Shown: positions 37,901 through 43,086 of the stretch, piece after piece | How positions within the stretch are numbered: the first letter of the stretch is position 1 | How the letters are laid out: each line of letters begins with the position of its first letter | Assembly (NCBI GenBank): GCA_031368215.1 | Contig: JANLRD010000224.1 | Coordinates: 22,726 to 86,725 of the forward strand | From: Acidimicrobiia bacterium | GTDB taxonomy: Bacteria > Actinomycetota > Acidimicrobiia > Acidimicrobiales > JANYDT01 | Direction: 5' to 3' | Length of the DNA: 64,000 nt | Notes under the pieces: model-generated | What the model was told of the DNA's origin: nothing | Seen by the model: only the letters and a program-made list of their open reading frames with translations | Databases searched by the model: none | Translations under genes and position numbers: made by a program

Positions 37901-39479
37901 TCACGACCACCGTTGCGTTCGGCGGCACCGACGCGAGCGCCGGCACGACGGTCGAGTCCCACGTGACGGCATAGGTTCCGTCGCCGCCGAGCGTCACGCT
38001 CGCGTAGAACGGTGAGTTCACGACGACAGGAGTCCCGTTCACGGTGATCACGGGAACGTTTCCGGAGGTGCAGTTGGGGTCCGCCGGGATGGGCATGCCT
38101 TCCGGGCAGGTGCCGTTCGGGAGGCGATCGGTGATCGTCATGGCGTTGATGCGCCGGTATTCGCTTGTTCGTGTCGTCAACGTGCTCGTGATCAGTGCGG
38201 CGTGCACGACACTGCCGGATGCCGACTTGTCCATCGCGAGGTCCTCGGCCTGGAAGGAGGTCGACGCGGTGTCGCCGTAGAACGTTCCCGCTCCGAGGAC
38301 CCGGGGTCCGCTGTAGCTGGCACCCGAGCTCGCCGAGTTCGTGCCGACCTGTTCGGCCCCGTCAGCGAGGGTCGACGGGGCGACCTGCGCCTCCTCGGTC
38401 CATGGACCGGTGTTGTTGTTGAGGTTGGCGCCCTGCAGCCCGCTCGCCGGTGTCGGAACGATCCCCACGAACGGTCGGTTCTCATGCAGCGGGATGCCGG
38501 CGCGATAGGTGATCGTCTGGGTGCCACCGGCGGCGAGCTGGGAGCCCGGACCGGTCGCCGGGAACGTCCAGCGAACCCACGTGGTGCCGATCGGCGGCGT
38601 GAACAGGGCGCCGGCCGCGCTCGTTACCGGTGTCGAACCGTTCATCGTCATGATGCTCACCGTGGGGCTGCCGAGCGCGCCGACGTATTGGCAGGCGCTC
38701 GGGCTGAGACGAGGTGAACCGGTGTATTCGAGGGCGCCGGGCGCGGTGTTGTCGGTCGTGGTGCAGCCGAGCAGTTCGAGACTGGGGGGAAGGAAGTCGT
38801 CCACCGTGAAGGCACCGGTGGGGGCGATCGAGTTGTTCTCGATGGTCAGGGTGAACGACGTCGAGTTGCTGTGCACGCCCCGGAGCAGTTCACCGCCTCC
38901 GGACTTGCGCAGCTGGTACGGGATGACCGTCGTGTTCACCGATCCGCTGGTCCCCGAACCCGGGGCCGTCGACGAGTTCACCGTGCCGTTGGCGAGGAAC
39001 TTGACCAGTACCCGGGGATCGGTGTTCGAGTACGCCTGAGCCGTCGTGGCGAAGACACTGCCGACGGGATGGGTGACCGGATCCACGGCGACGCTGACGC
39101 TGATCGACTGGCACACGTTGGTCTGGAGGTCGCTCACGTTGTTCCACACCAGCGTCGTCTCTCCCGGCGCGGGACTGTTCGCGTAGATCACCGGTGCGGT
39201 CGCGGTCCCGCTGGTGCTCACGTGGGAGAGGCCGGCCGGCAGGACCTGGCGGAAGGTCAGGTTGTAGGTGTCCGGGCCGAACGGATTGCACGCACGCAGC
39301 GTGTAGGAGACGTTTCCCCCCTGCAGGACCCGGCCTGTTCCTCCGAGGACCACCGACAGCGTCGGCGCCGCTTCAACACGCATCGCCGGGCCGACGACGA
39401 GGCCGGTGAGCAGCACGAGGGCAGCCGCAAGCAACCGGCGGACGCGTTTGCCGGGCGACAGAGTGCTGAGCAGTGACAT
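22986..39479 (-). CDS. Giant (5,497 aa) cell-wall-anchored surface protein/adhesin: signal peptide, DUF11-like repeats, 35 SdrD-B/Cna-B-like modules, LAFTG sorting signal
   Basis: One uninterrupted ORF. The N-terminus [29 protein letters not shown] looks like a signal peptide. The first ~1,270 aa are DUF11-type segments (e.g. [48 protein letters not shown]). The tandem ~97-139-aa modules begin (V/I/L)G(D/N)xVWxDxNxNGxxDxGE or (S/A)GxV(Y/F)xDxxxxG. The C-terminus is RLAFTG plus a hydrophobic helix plus RRRRAR. Confidence 0.9.
   Translation of the reverse strand: [5497 protein letters not shown]
23079..23093 (-). other. LAFTG (LAxTG-type) sortase recognition motif of the giant protein
   Basis: The codons ttg gcc ttc acc gga were read directly. 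They are followed by [21 protein letters not shown] and HTSRRRRAR, the classic tripartite cell-wall sorting signal. LAxTG is the motif used by class E (actinobacterial housekeeping) sortases. Confidence 0.8.
23352..24494 (-). repeat. Module block A14-A16 of the giant protein (aa 4996-5376): return to A-type modules
   Basis: Three modules of 128, 130 and 123 aa, beginning [41 protein letters not shown] and [23 protein letters not shown]. Confidence 0.75.
24495..30812 (-). repeat. Module block B1-B19 of the giant protein (aa 2890-4995): 19 related modules of two length classes
   Basis: Long modules (114-128 aa) contain TETQPxGYxDGxDxxGTxGG...I.....(Y/L/F)xFGE. Short modules (97-106 aa) contain [13 protein letters not shown]....L.VP..G....NFGET. 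The order is L L S L S L S L S L S L S S L S L S L. Confidence 0.8.
30813..35663 (-). repeat. Module block A1-A13 of the giant protein (aa 1273-2889): 13 SdrD-B-like modules of 113-139 aa
   Basis: Module boundaries were counted by hand from the translation. Each module has GDxVWxDxNxNGxQDxGExG...G.Y.F..L.PG.Y.V...P.G......DSD...T......D.G. From module 3 onward the sequence relationships recur every four modules. Confidence 0.8.
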
Positions 39480-39639
39480 GACGGCACGTTCATCGTCAAC
39501 CCGAGATCCCCGCTGAAGGCCCTTCCTGGGTCGAACGGACGAGTCCGCTGGTTCGATCGGCCCATGGTGCGGCCCTCAACGGCACACGATGGCTCGGCGA
39601 ACGTTTCCAACGGGGGAAGTCCCCCATTCGCCTCAAATT

Positions 39640-39656
39640 GACCACGCATCGTGGTC
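39640..39656 (-). terminator. Candidate hairpin after the methyltransferase gene, upstream of the giant gene
   Basis: GACCACG-CAT-CGTGGTC, a 7-bp stem, followed on the - strand by AATTTGAGG (a short, weak U-tract), 31 nt after the stop at 39687. Confidence 0.3.
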
Positions 39657-39686
39657 TCATGCGTCCCGTCAGCGCGGTGAGTGTTG

Positions 39687-40676
39687 TTACCGAGAGATCG
39701 GTCGGGGTTTGGCGAGGGTCATGCAGAACAACGGTCGAACCAGACCGAATCTGGTCAGGACGCGCTCAACCCGGAGCGCGAACCGCACCCGGTGACCGAC
39801 CGACCACTTGGCCATGTCGATGTTCGGCGCATTGCCGTCGAGGAGCGGATACAGGAGGGACCCGAAGCGGACCTCATGGATGATCTCGAAGTGGTGCTCG
39901 AGCTCGGGAACCAGGCGATCGGAGTTGCACGCTTCCGACGGGTCGAATCGTCCCGGTGGGTACTGGAGGAACGATCCCTTCTTCTCGCCCAGGTGCGTCG
40001 TGCGCTGTCGGGTGTTGAAGAGCCGAAGCAGCAAACGGGTCACGAAGGCGTTGCGCCGGGGGATCTGCAGAAAGGGTGGCCCGATCCACTCGAAGAGGAA
40101 CAACAGCCCGTCGGGCGCCAACGCCTGGTTCAGCTGGAAGAACGCGTTCCCCAGGTTGTGGATGTGATGGATGCCATGGAGTCCGACGGCGAAGTCCAGT
40201 GATCCGGGATCCAGGTCGAGCCGGTTCGCGTCGGCCAGCACCCCGTGGAAGGGCAGTCCGGCCATGAGCTCCGTCGCGCGCTTGAGGGACTCTCCCGATA
40301 GGTCGATGCCGGTGACGGATGCGTACTCCACGCCATCGCGGGTTTCGAAGTATCCCTTCTCGGCCGCCATGTCGCCACACACCAGGGCCAGGCCGCGAAG
40401 GTGCTTCGACCTCTCGCCGTAGTTTGCGATGAGATGTCGGTTGATCAGACCGACCGTGTCTCTGTTCGGTTCGAACCGCCACGCATAGTGCTGACCCACC
40501 CACGGAAGAGAAAGCCAGGAAACGTCACGCACCACGTCGACGTCGATGCGGTCCCAGTGCGCCTCGGGTAGGTCAGCCGTCACCGACGTAAACGTACCAA
40601 AGCACCGCTCGGGGATCCCCTCGACCATCGGTGCTGCAGCGGTAGGCGATGCGCCTGACAGGAACTGGACAGTCAA
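39687..40676 (-). CDS. Putative class I SAM-dependent methyltransferase
   Basis: 329 aa. The central region (GLALVCGDMAAEKG...VTGIDLSGESLKRA...FAVGLHGIHHIHNLGNAFFQLNQALAPDGLLFLFEW) has a methyltransferase-fold layout, but the motif I glycine pattern is atypical. Confidence 0.55.
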   Translation of the reverse strand: MTVQFLSGASPTAAAPMVEGIPERCFGTFTSVTADLPEAHWDRIDVDVVRDVSWLSLPWVGQHYAWRFEPNRDTVGLINRHLIANYGERSKHLRGLALVCGDMAAEKGYFETRDGVEYASVTGIDLSGESLKRATELMAGLPFHGVLADANRLDLDPGSLDFAVGLHGIHHIHNLGNAFFQLNQALAPDGLLFLFEWIGPPFLQIPRRNAFVTRLLLRLFNTRQRTTHLGEKKGSFLQYPPGRFDPSEACNSDRLVPELEHHFEIIHEVRFGSLLYPLLDGNAPNIDMAKWSVGHRVRFALRVERVLTRFGLVRPLFCMTLAKPRPISR

Positions 40677-40773
40677 CCTGGCCCGTTTGACCTCGGGGAC
40701 CGACCCCGAGCGCGCGATGAACTTCGGCGGACGACGCGCCTGGCGCCCGGCGCGCCGCTAGGGTCTCGACACC

Positions 40774-41322
40774 GTGACACTCGCTGACGACGGTCGATTC
40801 CCTGAACTTGGTCCGGTGATGGTGAGCGCCGCGGAGCTCGCCGACATCGTGGCCCGACTGGGCGAACGCATCTCCGTCGACTACGCCGGGCTGAATCCGC
40901 TCATGGTCGGGGTGCTGCGAGGGGCCTTCGTGTTCATGGCGGACCTGGCCCGGGCCATTCCGATGAACGTCGAGGTCGACTTCATGGCGGTCTCCTCCTA
41001 TGGCCACGCGACCGAGTCGAGCGGCGTCGTCCGCATCATCAAGGACCTCGACACCGACATCACCGGCCGTCACGTCGTCCTCGTCGACGAGATCGTCGAT
41101 TCAGGTCTCACCATGAACTATGTGCGCCGACTTCTCGCCGATCGAGGAGCATCGAGTGTCGAAGTATGCGCGCTGTTGATCCGTGAATCTCTTTCCCATG
41201 TCGACATCTCGACGCTTCGGTACTTCGGGCGGACCATCCCGGCTGATTGGGTCGTCGGGTATGGCCTCGATGCCGGTCAGCGCTGGCGCAACCTTCCCGA
41301 CGTCCACTACTGGCGGGGCTGA
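40774..41322 (+). CDS. hpt: Hypoxanthine(-guanine) phosphoribosyltransferase
   Basis: 182 aa with the PRPP-binding motif VVLVDEIVDSGLTMNYV and overall Hpt-like sequence (LMVGVLRGAFVFMADLARAI...VDFMAVSSYG). GTG start. Confidence 0.92.
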   Translation: MTLADDGRFPELGPVMVSAAELADIVARLGERISVDYAGLNPLMVGVLRGAFVFMADLARAIPMNVEVDFMAVSSYGHATESSGVVRIIKDLDTDITGRHVVLVDEIVDSGLTMNYVRRLLADRGASSVEVCALLIRESLSHVDISTLRYFGRTIPADWVVGYGLDAGQRWRNLPDVHYWRG

Positions 41323-41379
41323 ACCGCAGTCGGACCGGGGAAATCCTGCGACACGGGACCTGCCGTCCGCGAGGGGCGG

Positions 41380-43029
41380 TCAACTCGGATTGGAAAGGCT
41401 CGGCGAGCAGACTGTTCCCGGTGGTGGAGCAATGGTGTCGACGAGGAAACGGGCAGCTGCCTCTCGCACACACGCACTCTTCGTCACGGCGACGTGTCCG
41501 CCCCCGTTGCGAGTGAGCAGCGGCACGCCGAGGGTTGCCGACAGGCTCTGGGACCAGCGGTAGGGCGTCGTCAGATCCTGGGTGTTACCGATGACGAGCG
41601 CCGGGGCCGACGGCTGGGGACCGAGCAGAACCTGGGGTGTCACCGGGGCGGGCCAGTTGATGCAGGTGTAGGTGAGACGCGCGTCGCCGCGAAGACCGCT
41701 GAAATGAGGTGCCACAACTGGCGTCTGGTCGTACACGATCTGGTAGGCGCCGACGTCGCGGGGGAGCAGGCCGTCTCGGCAGTTGACGGCGAAGTTCGTG
41801 GCGGTCGAAAAGCGGTCGAGCGGAACGAGGCGTTCGGTCGGGTCGTTCGATCGGCTGTCGGCTGCGGTCGGGTTGAAGTTCACCGGCTGTCCGGTCGCGA
41901 GCTCCTGGAGGGCACGTCCGAGGATCGGCCAACCATTTCTCGGATAGCCGACGAGATCAGCCACCGTGGAGTCGAACACTTCCTCGCCGGTTTCGCGGCC
42001 GCGTCGCGATGCGCTCACGTATTGGTTACGCACGGTGTCGTACTTGGCCCGAAGCTCGGTGCCGTCGTTGAAGTTGCAGGGGAGGAGTCGACCCGAGGCG
42101 CATTCGTCGAGGAACGCGGTGAGCGCGGCCTCTGTCGCTTCCACCGGATCGAGCAGCTGGTTCACGCCGAAGCGGGCGGGATCGACCGCGCTGTCGAGGA
42201 TCATCGATCGCACGCGGGTCGGAAAGAGGGAGCGGTAGACGGCGCCGAGATAGGTGCCGTACGACATCCCGAGGTAGGAGATCTTCTCCTCGCCCAGTGC
42301 GACCCGCACCGCGTCGAGGTCACGGGCCGCGGTCTCGGTGTCGAGGAACTGCAGCCGGTCACCGTCGGTTCGATTGCAGATGCGACCGAATTCGTCGTAG
42401 TACGCGGCCAGGCTCCCCGAGCTATCCGGGGCGAGCAGCCCGACCCCGCATTGCAGTGGGGCACTGCGGGTCGTCCCGCGGGGATCGACCCCGATGACGT
42501 CGAACCGGGCGAGGACCTCCGGCGTGAGAAACGTCTGCGCGCTTCGTACGAGGTCGTACGTCGGGCCGCCGGGTCCGCCGGGATTGACGAACAGCGTTCC
42601 GATCCGCTCGCCGGGCCGCGTGGCCCGACGGCGGCTCACGAACATCGACACCCGCTCACCGGCCGGGTTCTTCGGGTCCAGCGGAATCGCGACGTTTGCG
42701 CACTCGAGGCCGGTGTCGATGCAGGGGGCGAACACGGCCGGAGCGGCGACCGGCGTTACCGTGGCGGTGGGGGCGATCGCCGGGGCGGCCGTCGTCGGTT
42801 TCGCAGTCGGTTTCGCAGTCGGTTTCGCCCGGGTCTTCGTGGTTCGCTTCTTCGCGGTGGCCGCTTCGGCGGCGTCGACCGATGCCAGACCACCCACCAA
42901 CAGCACGACGGCGACAAGAGCAACGGTGGCGCGCCGCCGACGCTGGTTCGGTCGGACGATCACGAGGTCGGCCACCGCACTCACGTTAGGTCTGGCGCAA
43001 TGAAACAACGATGAGTCACGTCCGAACAA
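41380..43029 (-). CDS. Secreted alpha/beta hydrolase (tripeptidyl-aminopeptidase-like)
   Basis: 549 aa. N-terminal TM/signal segment, KPTAKPTAKPT linker, nucleophile elbow ISYLGMSYGTYLG, and a C-terminal TAP-like region. The exact start is uncertain. Confidence 0.8.
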   Translation of the reverse strand: MFGRDSSLFHCARPNVSAVADLVIVRPNQRRRRATVALVAVVLLVGGLASVDAAEAATAKKRTTKTRAKPTAKPTAKPTTAAPAIAPTATVTPVAAPAVFAPCIDTGLECANVAIPLDPKNPAGERVSMFVSRRRATRPGERIGTLFVNPGGPGGPTYDLVRSAQTFLTPEVLARFDVIGVDPRGTTRSAPLQCGVGLLAPDSSGSLAAYYDEFGRICNRTDGDRLQFLDTETAARDLDAVRVALGEEKISYLGMSYGTYLGAVYRSLFPTRVRSMILDSAVDPARFGVNQLLDPVEATEAALTAFLDECASGRLLPCNFNDGTELRAKYDTVRNQYVSASRRGRETGEEVFDSTVADLVGYPRNGWPILGRALQELATGQPVNFNPTAADSRSNDPTERLVPLDRFSTATNFAVNCRDGLLPRDVGAYQIVYDQTPVVAPHFSGLRGDARLTYTCINWPAPVTPQVLLGPQPSAPALVIGNTQDLTTPYRWSQSLSATLGVPLLTRNGGGHVAVTKSACVREAAARFLVDTIAPPPGTVCSPSLSNPS

Positions 43030-43086
43030 CGGTGAACGGGTTCTGACGCCGGGACTTCCTCGGAGAGGAGACGCATCGTGCGCGGG

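Noticed and set aside
39521-39575. A GGTTCGATC motif resembling a tRNA T-loop in the giant-gene upstream region.
   Set aside because: The flanking bases cannot form T-stem or acceptor-stem pairings, and no cloverleaf could be built.
39612-39625. GGGGGAAGTCCCCC as a possible terminator or operator in the promoter region of the giant gene.
   Set aside because: The stem is only 5 bp with a 4-nt loop and no U-tract. This is too weak to call.
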